A DNA stretch of 64,000 nt from Planctomycetota bacterium (GCA_965223545.1 OZ245006.1:6272001-6336000); one strand, 5' to 3'; shown: positions 31,487 to 41,208, counted from the stretch's first letter. The notes: generated from the letters alone by a model not told the origin. A program made the numbers and translations.

Positions 31487-33922
31487 ATGGTCCCCGCCCG
31501 TCCCGTCGACGCCGTCTGCCGCTGGCTGATCGCCGCCACGCTGGCGGGAGTCACGCTGGCGTTCGGCGGCGTCGTCGCCGAGGCGCACGTGGTGCTGTTG
31601 GCGGTGGCTGCAGCGCTGCTGGGTTGCGTCGCGATGCGCTGTGTGCGCTACCCCGAAGACGGGGTGGTGGGTCACTGGGCGCTGTTGCCGGGCGCTGCGT
31701 TCGTCGGTCTCGTCGCACTGCAGACCTGGGCGCTGCCCGACGGGTGGCTCGCCGCGCTGGCACCGATGGCGGCCTCGTTCTGGCAGGAGGCCGGCGCCGT
31801 GGTCTCGCCGGCTGCGGTGGACCGTCCTTCGGTGTCGCTCTACCCGCACGCGACGGCGGTCGACCTGCGGCTGTTGTGCGCCGGCTTCGCCTTCTGGATC
31901 GCCGCGATGCAGCTGGCCCGGATCCCGGGAGCGGCGGCGTGGCTGCTCGCGGCGGTCGCGTCGATCGGCGCCGGCGCCGCCGCGATGGCCGTATTGCAGG
32001 GTGTCACCGAGAGCCGCGCGCTGTTCGGTCTGTGGCCGCATCCGGCGGGCGAGGTCGCCCGCGGTGGTGTGTTCGTGCACCGCGGGCACTTCGCCCAGTT
32101 TGCCAACCTCGCGACCGGCGCCGCCGCGGGCCTGCTGCTGGCGCGTCTCGTCGGTGCGATGCAGCCCAGCGACCGCCGCATCGAGGGCGCCTGGTCGGCG
32201 CTGCGGGCGCGGGCCGACGGCGCGGATCGCGCGCTGCTGTTGGCGATCGTGCTGGGGATCGTCGCGGTGGCGCTGTCGCACTCGCGCAACGGTGTGCTCT
32301 CGCTGGTCGTCGCCGCGCTGGCGGTCGCGTTCGCGATGCAGCGCTCAGGCTTCCTGCGCGGCATCGGCTGGCCGCTCGCCGGGCTTGCGGTGGTCGCCGG
32401 CGCGCTCCTGTGGTTGGTCGGTTTCGATCCGGTCTACGAACGGCTGTCGACGCTGCAGGATCCGGTGGCCGCGGCCAGCGGGCGGCTGGCGCTGTTGCGC
32501 GACGCGCTTTCCCTGTCGTCGCTCTCGCCGTGGGTGGGGGTGGGCCTCGGCGCCTTCGGCCTCGCGTTTCCGCCATTCGACACGAGCACGCGGCCGGGCA
32601 CCGCCGAGCACGCGGAGAACCAGTACGTCGAGATCTTGTGTGAAGTGGGTTGGGTCGGCGCCGCGCTGCTGGCGGCGGTGCTGGTGGCCGCGCTGCTCGG
32701 CTTCCAACGCGTGCGGCGTGGCTCCGCCGTGGCCGCCGGCATGGCCTACGGCATCGGCTTCGGTTTGGCTGCGGTGTTGTTGCACGCGCTCACCGATTTC
32801 GGGCTGCGCGTTCCCGCGGTGGCGCTGGTGACCACGCTGTTCGTTGGCTTGCTGCTGGGCGGCGCGGCCCGCCCGCACACCGGCGAGCGGGGCACGCGGA
32901 TCGCCGGCGTCGGCCTGCTGGCGGCGGCGATCGGCATCGCCGCGATGTTGCCTGCGGCCTGGGACGAGGCGCGCGCCGAACGCGCGTGGCGCGCGGCGCG
33001 GGTGCTGCACGAGCAGCTGGCGCCGCCCGACTTCCTCGCCCCGGTCGCCGAGCTGGACCGTCTGTTGGCACACGCCGACGCGGCGGCGGCGCGTTCCGAG
33101 CGGGTGGATGTCGGCTATTGGCGGGCGGCGCACGGTTGGCATCGGGCAGTCGCGCTCGCCGTCGACTTCGCGGCTGGCGACGAGCTACCGGAAGTGCCGG
33201 ACACACCGGAACTGCGCCGCGCCGCCGCCGACGCCCAGCGCGCGCTGGCCGAGGTGCGGCGCCGGGCGCCGACGCACGGGCCATCGCTGTCGTTGATCGG
33301 CCAGCTCGGTGTGCAGTGGCTGGATGATCCCGCGGCGGGCCGGCACGTCCTGCGCGCGCGTGCCCTGTGGCCGCACGATCCCGGCGTCTGCGCCGCGGCT
33401 GGCGAGCAGCGACTGCGCGACGGCGATCTCGCCGGCGCGGTCGCCGACTACCGGCGGGCGCTGGCGGTCGGCGCCGATTGGGACGCGATGCTCTTCGCGT
33501 TGCTCGATGACTTGCACCGGCCCGACGTCGCGCGGTTGGTGGCAGCCGGCGATGCCCGCCGGTTGTTGCGGCTGGAATACTGGTGGTCGCGGGCGGGCGA
33601 CGCCGAGGTGGCGGTGTCCGAAGAGCTGCGCGCCGAGGTGCGGGCCGAGGCGTTGGGGCTGGTGCGCGCCGGGTGCGAAGACGCGCATCCGCCGTCCTGG
33701 ATGCTGGCTGCGGCGGCGCAGCTATCGGAGGACATCGCGCCGCGAGAGGCGGTGGACTACTACCGGCGCTACTTCGCGCGGGAGCCGTCGAGCGCGTTGC
33801 GCATTCGGCTGGCGGGTCTGCTCGAGCGGCTGGGGGAAGGGGAAGAGGCGCGGGCGGAGGCGCGGCGGTTGCTGCGGTTTCACCCGGGGCATCGGGGCGC
33901 GCGGGCGATGCTGCGGGAGTGA
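31487..33922 (+). CDS. O-antigen ligase (Wzy_C) family membrane protein with C-terminal TPR-like region
   Basis: GVFVHRGHFAQF, SHSRNG, GVGLGAF, EHAENQY and HALTDFGLRVPA, then helical repeats (AVADYRRAL, AVDYYRRY). Confidence 0.85.
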   Translation: MVPARPVDAVCRWLIAATLAGVTLAFGGVVAEAHVVLLAVAAALLGCVAMRCVRYPEDGVVGHWALLPGAAFVGLVALQTWALPDGWLAALAPMAASFWQEAGAVVSPAAVDRPSVSLYPHATAVDLRLLCAGFAFWIAAMQLARIPGAAAWLLAAVASIGAGAAAMAVLQGVTESRALFGLWPHPAGEVARGGVFVHRGHFAQFANLATGAAAGLLLARLVGAMQPSDRRIEGAWSALRARADGADRALLLAIVLGIVAVALSHSRNGVLSLVVAALAVAFAMQRSGFLRGIGWPLAGLAVVAGALLWLVGFDPVYERLSTLQDPVAAASGRLALLRDALSLSSLSPWVGVGLGAFGLAFPPFDTSTRPGTAEHAENQYVEILCEVGWVGAALLAAVLVAALLGFQRVRRGSAVAAGMAYGIGFGLAAVLLHALTDFGLRVPAVALVTTLFVGLLLGGAARPHTGERGTRIAGVGLLAAAIGIAAMLPAAWDEARAERAWRAARVLHEQLAPPDFLAPVAELDRLLAHADAAAARSERVDVGYWRAAHGWHRAVALAVDFAAGDELPEVPDTPELRRAAADAQRALAEVRRRAPTHGPSLSLIGQLGVQWLDDPAAGRHVLRARALWPHDPGVCAAAGEQRLRDGDLAGAVADYRRALAVGADWDAMLFALLDDLHRPDVARLVAAGDARRLLRLEYWWSRAGDAEVAVSEELRAEVRAEALGLVRAGCEDAHPPSWMLAAAAQLSEDIAPREAVDYYRRYFAREPSSALRIRLAGLLERLGEGEEARAEARRLLRFHPGHRGARAMLRE

Positions 33923-34268
33923 TTTGGGCGCGGTCGCGCGACCCGGCGTGTCGATGAGCGTGACGCGAGAGTTGATCGCGGTGAGCGGTGGGCCAGCACT
34001 GGGGAAGAACGAGCCGAGGCCTGAGTAGCTGAAGACGGTCAGGCTGTTTCGTAGCGCCGACCTCGCCGGAATTGCTCGAGGCAGAGCCCGCCCCCGGCAC
34101 GGCGAATCAGCTCGGGCTTTCCGGTAGTTGCCGGTGGGAGTGGCGAAAAAACTCAGAAAGAGGGAGACGGCCAAGCTCCAAAGACGAACTCCGATCTCCG
34201 AGCAACCAAGTCCGATTCCCCTGGAGTTCGTAGTGTTGAGAGCATCCCCCCCTAGCAGCCCATCTGTT

Positions 34269-36506
34269 GTGAACGGTTCCGGCACGCATGCTAGATTGTC
34301 TCGAGTGGTACTAGCCGTCCTGCTATCTGGCTCAAGTCACGGCGTGTTATCAGCGCAGCATCTGCCAGGGGCAGCCCTCGAACTCGAACGCGGTATGTGG
34401 AAGACCACGTCGATTCGCGTCGGTGGACCACGCGATGCCGTCGCATCGAGTCTCACATTGGAATGCGCAATGAGCGGCAGCGAAGACGATCTCCAGGTGG
34501 ACTTCCGAGGTCAGCCCGGCACACTGTGGGGCGCGAGTATCGGGGGGAGCGAAGCTAGTGCAGCGGCTCCGGCGCAGCAAGCATCGGTAATGATCGAGCT
34601 TCCGAGACAATGGCCGAGAAACAGCGAAACCTGGCTACACATCAGTCGATCTTCATCGCCCCCGTTGCGCTACTTCCCGGATCCCTCTGCCTGGTCCGGT
34701 CCCGAGCGGATGCGGACGCTGCAGCCCGCAGTTCCGAACTGTCAAGGTAATTACCATGGTCTTGGAGCGTGGCGGGCTCAGGATGGCGATGGTGGCGATG
34801 CCAATCTGACGATTCACTACAAGTCCGTGCCGGGACAGCCACCAGAAGCTCGCTTCTGTTTCACCTGGATCTCCAGCCAAGGAATCCATTTCACTTCCCG
34901 ACCGGCCGCAGATGTCGCCCTTCCCTCCGGCGGGTGGACTCCGGATTTCCCTCCCGGATATCCGGCGACGGCCTTCAACCCGATTGCAACACTGCCCCCA
35001 ATGGGGAGCTTCCCTGGGAGCATCGCGAGTGACTGGGTGGATACTCCATTCACGCTTCAGCGGCCCGACAGCGACCAGATCTTGATTATGAACTCGGTGT
35101 TCCCCGGGACGGTGCCTGAGCTGCCATGGGTGGCTCCAGGAAGTGCCGAAGGCGCTCTCCAGCGATCGATATCGAACTCACAGGGGTTTCCCACCCAGAC
35201 GTCCCTGTGGACACGCTATCTCGGGGAGCCGACGATTGGCTCCGCCCGAAGTGTCTCGGGAGTCGAGGGTGGGTGGAACAGCGGCTACAAAGAGTCCTTC
35301 GGGGCGCAAGGCCATCATTTTGATGGGGGGATCAACGAGGCTGGTGGGGCGTTCTATGACCCCGATCTCGATGGTCCGAACAAGTACGTGTTCTTCTACG
35401 GAACCAAGGGTTCTGTGTCCGTTAACTCGGCGATTACAATTTCGTCGTTCGTGCTCACGTGGACGACAAACCCGTGTAATGCAGAGATTAGGGCGGTACT
35501 TGCAAATCCAACGAGTCAAAACCTAAGCAAGGGTGACCGTATCAATGTATCGGGAGTGCTCGATGGCGCACAGAATTTGATCCCCGAGTACAATGGGTCG
35601 CACATTATCTCCGACTTGACGGCAACGGGAGTCGGCCCCAATCGTCTCGTGCACGATGTAACCTACCTTGTTAGCTGTCCACCAACAATCGCGATCGGAA
35701 GCGCCGCAGCGTCGGCGACGATCGCACGCGCGGATATTAGATACGCGGTAGGGCGTGCGACATGCGCCGATCCATTTTCTAGCGCGGCCCCGGTCTTCAC
35801 TCGGACACCATCGACGAACTTCGTGTACGCTCCCATAGGAAAAGCTGGGTTCGGAACGTGGCCGGGTGTGCTTCACCCCTATGTGTTTCCGCACTCAAGC
35901 GGAACGTATCATATGTTAGCACTTGGTCGTTCTTCTTCGTCCGATGCGACGACGGGGATCGGGCATTGGTATTCCGAGGACAAAGGGTTGACCTGGATCT
36001 TTGACAAGGTTCTCGTTGATGTTGATTTGTTGCACCCTGTGGCACCCGCCCCGAAGAATCGGAATCCGAATACGCCAAACAAATTAGGAGAGCTCCTCTA
36101 TTTCAACAATGTTCTAGGATCGCCCAGTGGCTTGTTCCATACTGTTAACGGTATCGAGTATGTATATGTTTGTTTCGATGCCGCCGGACCCCTTTGGCCT
36201 GAGTGGAGCATCGCCTCGATCACTCGTCAGTCTGGGTCGGTGTACAAAGTCACTCTCAATCCTTATGCGCCTTGTCGTGAGTTCGTCAATGGCGATAGTG
36301 TTGTAATTGAAGGCACGATCGGGAATCAGTTCGATGGCAACTATACGGTTGGTGGGTTCAATGCAGCGGCCGCAAGTTTCTTGATTAGCGTAGCGGGCCT
36401 TCCTCCGGATCAGTTGGCCGGCGGCACCGCTTCCTACGGTCGGCAATGGGGCAGGGGAAACCCCGGCGTAGGGTTTTATGTCATGCGGGCGTCGACCGGA
36501 TTCTGA
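34269..36506 (+). CDS. secreted beta-propeller protein (GH43/32-clan-like blades, Asp-box) with two inserted small beta domains
   Basis: GTG at 34269 gives a signal peptide ending VLSA-Q (ORF open from 34128). Blade motifs KYVFFYG...AVGRATCADP and HPYVFPHSSGTYHMLALG...IGHWYSEDKGLTW. Confidence 0.65.
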   Translation: MNGSGTHARLSRVVLAVLLSGSSHGVLSAQHLPGAALELERGMWKTTSIRVGGPRDAVASSLTLECAMSGSEDDLQVDFRGQPGTLWGASIGGSEASAAAPAQQASVMIELPRQWPRNSETWLHISRSSSPPLRYFPDPSAWSGPERMRTLQPAVPNCQGNYHGLGAWRAQDGDGGDANLTIHYKSVPGQPPEARFCFTWISSQGIHFTSRPAADVALPSGGWTPDFPPGYPATAFNPIATLPPMGSFPGSIASDWVDTPFTLQRPDSDQILIMNSVFPGTVPELPWVAPGSAEGALQRSISNSQGFPTQTSLWTRYLGEPTIGSARSVSGVEGGWNSGYKESFGAQGHHFDGGINEAGGAFYDPDLDGPNKYVFFYGTKGSVSVNSAITISSFVLTWTTNPCNAEIRAVLANPTSQNLSKGDRINVSGVLDGAQNLIPEYNGSHIISDLTATGVGPNRLVHDVTYLVSCPPTIAIGSAAASATIARADIRYAVGRATCADPFSSAAPVFTRTPSTNFVYAPIGKAGFGTWPGVLHPYVFPHSSGTYHMLALGRSSSSDATTGIGHWYSEDKGLTWIFDKVLVDVDLLHPVAPAPKNRNPNTPNKLGELLYFNNVLGSPSGLFHTVNGIEYVYVCFDAAGPLWPEWSIASITRQSGSVYKVTLNPYAPCREFVNGDSVVIEGTIGNQFDGNYTVGGFNAAAASFLISVAGLPPDQLAGGTASYGRQWGRGNPGVGFYVMRASTGF

Positions 36507-36567
36507 CCGTCTCTGGGGAATGGGCGATGAGTGGTGCTTCGACTGAGGTCCTGATTTTGAAGTCGAA

Positions 36568-38577
36568 ATGGTGAGACCGAAGAGCGATCGTCACAGTGAT
36601 CTGTTTCTTCGATTCCGCGAAACAGCAGACGCGGACGCGTTTCAGGAGTTGGTTCAGGTCACGACGCCTCGGCTCGTGGGAATCGCGCGGAGAATGGGTG
36701 TAGAAGGTGGCGATGTCGACGATATCGTGCAGGAAACGTATATGGCAGCATGTCGATTTGCTACCCGTTACGATCCGTCGAAACGAGTTTCTGATTGGCT
36801 CTGCGGGATCCTTTTCAAGAAAATAGCAGATCTACATCGTCGTCGAGGCCGCAGAATCAAGCGGGGCTGTCTCGTAGATGTGGCCTCGGCAGATCCTACG
36901 ATGGAGCTTGAGGTTCGAGAGGTTCAATCGGTTCTCCAAGAAACACTCAGTCGATTGCCGCCGACGAACCGTCAGCTGTTGCGAATGTATTTTCTTGAGC
37001 AGATGACTGCGGAGAGCATCGCTCGCCGTTATGGCAAGAAGCCGAGTACGGTTCGCTCCCAGATTCAGAGGAGTATCGCAAAGTTGCGCAAGAAACTGCC
37101 TCGAGACTTGACCCTGGCGTTATTCGGAGCATGGCCCATCTCGCGCCTACCGGGCCAATCTAGATTGTTGCGCGGCGCTACCAGAGCTGTCGTTGACTCG
37201 GCAAAACTTGGCGCGCATGTGGGCGCCTTGCAGGCGAAACTCTTGACGTTTGGCGTTGCGGGACTCTCGATTGGAGTTTGCGTGGTCCTAGCGTTCTCTC
37301 GTGGATCTCGGGTTGCGGCGCCTATGGGCGCTGCCGTCGCGAATGTTCCATCTCCTGGGTTCGAGCCTGATTTGTTGATAGGTGAAAAACTCGACAGTGC
37401 ACGATTGTCTGCTGAGCCAACTGTGGAGGATGAAGCGGATCGTGTGCAGAGTGCTAGGGCTTGGATTCGGTTGGTTGATGCTTCGACGAACGCAGGAGTG
37501 CCTTTCTCAACGTTCGGGGTTGAATTGGTGGCCACGGAATCTCCGTCGGCGCCGCATACGTTGTTTGAAAGTATTCGCACGTCGTCGACAGATGCGAACG
37601 GCGTAGCATGGTTGAATCCCAGACCGAGAGATCGGTTTCGGTTGCGGTACAATGAGGATGTGGTCAGCGATCCGTTAGAATTGGCAGGTGACAGCGGGAG
37701 AACAGTGTTTGTTGACGAAGCACATTTGTTGGTTGGAATCGTGCGAGACGAGTTCGGAGCCGTGGTGGCCGATGCTGAGATATGTTCTGCGCTTACTATG
37801 GCGAGTCCAGATCCTGTTCTTCTCGCGACTACTGACCGGAGTGGTTGTTTTGCATTGTCGATAATTCAAGGTCGTCGGTCGGTGCTTTGGGCTCGACTCA
37901 AAGGGAAGGCCTGCTCGGAAGAACTGGTTGTGACGCCGTCTCAAACGCAGCAAGCGATCGAGCTCGTCGTCCATCCTGCCGATCTGTCGCTACGCGGAAC
38001 GGTGTGGACTAATGCTGGGCGACCTGCCGAGGGTGTGCGCGTTGTGATGCACCCGAAGGACAGAAAGACCCGTTTGCCGACATCTAGTACTTGGAGCCGT
38101 CCGGGGGGAGCGTTTCTGGCAGACGGACTCGTACGAGGGGAGTATTCTCTCGTCGTCTTGGCGAAAGATGGCTCACATGCTTATCGAGAAGTTACAGTTC
38201 CGTACGAGGGAGGATCGCTAGAAGTAGAAATGGACTCGGGATGTGCCGTCTCTGGGCGATTGGGTGCGGGGTTCGGTCGCCCATGGAGTGACTACGTTGT
38301 GCTTGCTATGCCGACTGCAAAATTTTGGTTGGCAAGGTTCTTCGCCCGGTTCGCTGATGTGGGAGGTGATGGTAGTTTCGAATTGGCGGGCGTGCCGCGC
38401 GGGCCAATTCTGTTCAGGGTGCTGGAGAGGGCAACGGCGCGCGTGTGTTCCACCGAGACTTTTGACATCAATGACTTTGCTGTCGTGATTCCGGAGCCGG
38501 ATGAGCACAAGTCAGACTTGGATATCGGGCCATGGATACTGTCGATTCTGCACCGCCCGTCCGGAGAGGGATGGTAG
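36568..38577 (+). CDS. ECF sigma factor with TM helix and extracytoplasmic carboxypeptidase-regulatory-like domains
   Basis: Region 2 DDIVQETY...DWLCGI and region 4 LPPTNRQLL...IARRYGKKPSTVRSQIQR. TM LLTFGVAGLSIGVCVVLAF. Repeats GIVRDEFGAVVADA..TTDRSGCF and LRGTVWTNAGRPAEG..GGAFLADGLVRGEY. Confidence 0.88.
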   Translation: MVRPKSDRHSDLFLRFRETADADAFQELVQVTTPRLVGIARRMGVEGGDVDDIVQETYMAACRFATRYDPSKRVSDWLCGILFKKIADLHRRRGRRIKRGCLVDVASADPTMELEVREVQSVLQETLSRLPPTNRQLLRMYFLEQMTAESIARRYGKKPSTVRSQIQRSIAKLRKKLPRDLTLALFGAWPISRLPGQSRLLRGATRAVVDSAKLGAHVGALQAKLLTFGVAGLSIGVCVVLAFSRGSRVAAPMGAAVANVPSPGFEPDLLIGEKLDSARLSAEPTVEDEADRVQSARAWIRLVDASTNAGVPFSTFGVELVATESPSAPHTLFESIRTSSTDANGVAWLNPRPRDRFRLRYNEDVVSDPLELAGDSGRTVFVDEAHLLVGIVRDEFGAVVADAEICSALTMASPDPVLLATTDRSGCFALSIIQGRRSVLWARLKGKACSEELVVTPSQTQQAIELVVHPADLSLRGTVWTNAGRPAEGVRVVMHPKDRKTRLPTSSTWSRPGGAFLADGLVRGEYSLVVLAKDGSHAYREVTVPYEGGSLEVEMDSGCAVSGRLGAGFGRPWSDYVVLAMPTAKFWLARFFARFADVGGDGSFELAGVPRGPILFRVLERATARVCSTETFDINDFAVVIPEPDEHKSDLDIGPWILSILHRPSGEGW

Positions 38578-38665
38578 AATGCAGTTTCCGGACCTCGAGG
38601 ATGCTTCGGGAGGTTCGAGCTGAGAGCTTCGACGAGGGTCAGAAGCCAGTCGAGCGCCGTATGCC

Positions 38666-38838
38666 TCCGGTGCCTCGAATCGTCGAGCGGCGACAACATT
38701 CTCGAGGCAACGCCGCTGCCGCGCCGGAGGTTCGGGGAGACAGTGCCTCTGGGCTCAGCCCGGCGGCGGATGTGTTGGACCTTCCAAGCCGCGCCGGCAA
38801 GAGCGGCATCCGAGTTTGCGGCCTCGGCCGCGCTGAGC
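38666..38838. repeat. single diverged copy of the 195-bp structured repeat found at 54.7-55.15 kb
   Basis: Shares CGAATCGTCGAGC..CGACAACATTCTCGAGGC, GAGACAGTG, GGCTCAGC.CGGCGGCGGATGTG, GGCATCCGAGTTT and GGCCGCGCTGAGC. It has 17-nt and 4-nt deletions relative to the tandem unit. Confidence 0.9.
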
Positions 38839-38867
38839 AAGGCCCGGTGGCCGAGACATTTCCATCG

Positions 38868-39150
38868 GAGCATCACGACCGAGGCGCAGAACGAAGTCGT
38901 GCAGCAGCAGCAAGTGCGGCAGCCGCCACGACGATGCCGGGCGGAGAGCTTGCGTGGCACGTTCGAGACCGAGCGATCGAGCGGTTTCGACGAACCTGTT
39001 TTCCACGCGCGCGACGAAGCGCTTCGGATAGCCACGAGTAGATCGAGACTCTCTACAACCGTGATCGATGCCGGAACCATTGGTGACGTCAGCCCGGCCG
39101 AGGTTGAATCTCGTTACAACGGAGTGTCCGACCAGCACGCGGAGCGGATT
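38868..39150 (+). pseudogene. decayed IS3-family transposase C-terminal fragment
   Basis: Stitched across frameshifts: EHHDRGAE / GSRHDDA / AESLRGTFETE / FHARDEA / HE*IETLYNRDR / TIGDVSPAEVE. These match IS3 consensus HHSDRGSQY, GNCxDNA, AESFFxTLKxE, EYIExFYNxxR and LGYxSPxEFE in the right order. Confidence 0.75.
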
Positions 39151-39181
39151 CGGCGACTGCGCGGCAAGCGGAAAGGCCGGG

Positions 39182-40162
39182 TCAGACTCCGTGCTTCCGC
39201 GAGAAGGCAAGTGGTGGGTCTTGCTGCATGGTTCGCAGGGATGCGGCGAGCGCGGCGGATGGGTTGGCGGCGCGCCAGTCGGAGGCGGCGCGTGGGCCGC
39301 GCTCGTGCAGTGCGGCGCGCACCGGTGGTGTGCGCGTGACGGCGAGGATCAAGTCGGCGAATCGGTCGGCGTTGCCGGGCGCGCCGAGCAGCGCCGCGCG
39401 GTGTGCGGCGAGGTGGCGGTGCGCGACCGTGTCGCTGAGGATGCACGGCAGGCCACAGGCCATCGCCTCGATTGGGGCGAGGGACCACGGGCCGGCCCCG
39501 CGCGCGCAGCTGACGAACACGTCGGCTTGGCGAAAGAGCGCGCCGCGGCGCGGCGCACTCGGTGCGTTGTGGTACTCGACGAGAAACGGCGGGGTCGCGG
39601 TGTCGACGGGGGGGTCGGTGGCCATCAGGCGAACCAGCGAGAGAGGTTGGCCACGGCGCGCGGCGTGCCTGCAGGCCGCCATGGCGGTGGCGACGTCGTC
39701 AGCGACCCGGTTGTCGTCGCCGACGACGACGATTCGAGGCGTGGTGCCCAGGGCCTCGGTCGGGTCTTCATAGCCCGGGTGGAAGTCGCGCGGGTCGGGT
39801 GCCGGTGTGTGCACAGCGGCGCCGGCGCGGCGCCAGGCCGACGCAACGTCGGGATCGGCGGTGATGATGGCGATGCCGGCGGCTTGGATCGAGGCAGCCG
39901 CAGCGGTTCCGTCGGGCGCGGCGCTTGCGCTCCACAGCGCGACGGGGGCGAGCGCCAGCTCGGCGGCGGCGACCGCGGTCTGCCAGTCGTCGGCGAGCAC
40001 CAGGTCGGGCGAGGGCGCGTCCGACAAGGCACCGGCGAGCACCTCGACACCGGCGGTGCCCTCGCAGGCGGTCAGTGCCACGCCGTGGTCTTCCAACCCG
40101 AGCACGGGCGCCTGGCGCGCGGCGTCCGGGCCGTGCGCGCCTCGCAGGTAGACGATGTTCAA
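39182..40162 (-). CDS. GT4-like glycosyltransferase
   Basis: LADDWQTA and LFRQADVFVS...SLAPIEAMACGLPCILSD. Confidence 0.75.
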   Translation of the reverse strand: MNIVYLRGAHGPDAARQAPVLGLEDHGVALTACEGTAGVEVLAGALSDAPSPDLVLADDWQTAVAAAELALAPVALWSASAAPDGTAAAASIQAAGIAIITADPDVASAWRRAGAAVHTPAPDPRDFHPGYEDPTEALGTTPRIVVVGDDNRVADDVATAMAACRHAARRGQPLSLVRLMATDPPVDTATPPFLVEYHNAPSAPRRGALFRQADVFVSCARGAGPWSLAPIEAMACGLPCILSDTVAHRHLAAHRAALLGAPGNADRFADLILAVTRTPPVRAALHERGPRAASDWRAANPSAALAASLRTMQQDPPLAFSRKHGV

Positions 40163-40278
40163 TGGGCCTCCCCCCGTCCACGGCGGGTCCGTTCCAGTGG
40201 CTTGATCGGTCTTCCGTCGGCCGGACTTGGGCGCTAAACATCGCTGCTGTCCGGGCGCCCGACGCTCCGCACCGCCGC

Positions 40279-41208
40279 GTGAACCTCCTCATCCGTCTCA
40301 TTCCGCCGCCCTTGGTGCGCCTCTTCGCACGGCCGTACGTGGCCGGGGACTCGCTCGAGGCGGCGTTGGTAGTGGCGGAACGGCTGCTCGCCGAGCGCGG
40401 CCTGTGCACCACGCTGGACCTGCTGGCGGAGGACATCGAGGCGCCGGCGATGGTGCAGCGCAACCTCGATACCTATCTCCAGATGGTGGACGCGGTTGCG
40501 GACGCCGCACGGTTTCCGGACCCGGCCACGCGCCCGAGTCTGTCGCTGAAGCCGTCGAGCTACACGACGGCGCCGCTCGACGACGGGGGCGATGCGGAGG
40601 GAGCCCGCGAGGCGCTGTTTCGCATCGCCGACCACGCGGCGAGTGCCCAGGTGCCGCTGACCATCGACATGGAGGGGCGCGCCTGGACCGACTTCACCCT
40701 GGACGTGCTCGAGGATCTGGACCGCAGCGGCTATCGGGACGTCGGCTGCGTGCTGCAGACGCGGCTGCATCGCACGGAGGCGGATTTGGACCGGCTGCCG
40801 CCGGCGTGTCGGGTGCGGCTGGTGATCGGCATCTACCGCGAGCCCGAAGAGGTGGCGATCACCGACAAGCCGCGGATGAAGCAGCGGCTGCTGGACTACG
40901 GCGAGCGGCTGCTGCGCGCCGGGCACTACGTCGAGCTGGCGACCCACGACGAGCGCATCGTGCGCGCCTTCGTCGGCGAGGTCGTGCCCAGGGTCGGCGC
41001 CGACCCGAGCCGCTACGAGATCCAGATGCTTTACGGTGTGCCGCGCAACAAGCTGCTGCAGGAGCTCGTCGGGGCCGGGATCCGGGCCCGGTTGTACGTC
41101 CCGTTCGCGCTGAGTTGGCCGCAGGCGATCCGCTATCTGCGGCGCCGGCTGGACGAGTACCCGGCGATGATCTGGCTGGTGTGCAAGAACATGCTCCTGC
41201 GCCGGTAG
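40279..41208 (+). CDS. monofunctional proline dehydrogenase
   Basis: ARPYVAG, SLKPS, TIDME, VLQTRLHRT, ATHD, EIQMLYG, RLYVPF and YLRRRLDE. Confidence 0.9.
   Translation: MNLLIRLIPPPLVRLFARPYVAGDSLEAALVVAERLLAERGLCTTLDLLAEDIEAPAMVQRNLDTYLQMVDAVADAARFPDPATRPSLSLKPSSYTTAPLDDGGDAEGAREALFRIADHAASAQVPLTIDMEGRAWTDFTLDVLEDLDRSGYRDVGCVLQTRLHRTEADLDRLPPACRVRLVIGIYREPEEVAITDKPRMKQRLLDYGERLLRAGHYVELATHDERIVRAFVGEVVPRVGADPSRYEIQMLYGVPRNKLLQELVGAGIRARLYVPFALSWPQAIRYLRRRLDEYPAMIWLVCKNMLLRR

Larger units (their letters stand above)
33930..39150. mobile_element. AT-richer putative horizontally acquired island
   Basis: Composition shift by hand count: 24/60 G+C at 36061-36120 versus 46/60 at 33181-33240. IS3 remnant at the right edge. 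Boundaries approximate; no integrase seen. Confidence 0.65.

Noticed and set aside
33923..34130. att site, tRNA or integrase at the island's left edge
   Set aside because: I found no tRNA, integrase or direct repeat matching the right edge by eye.
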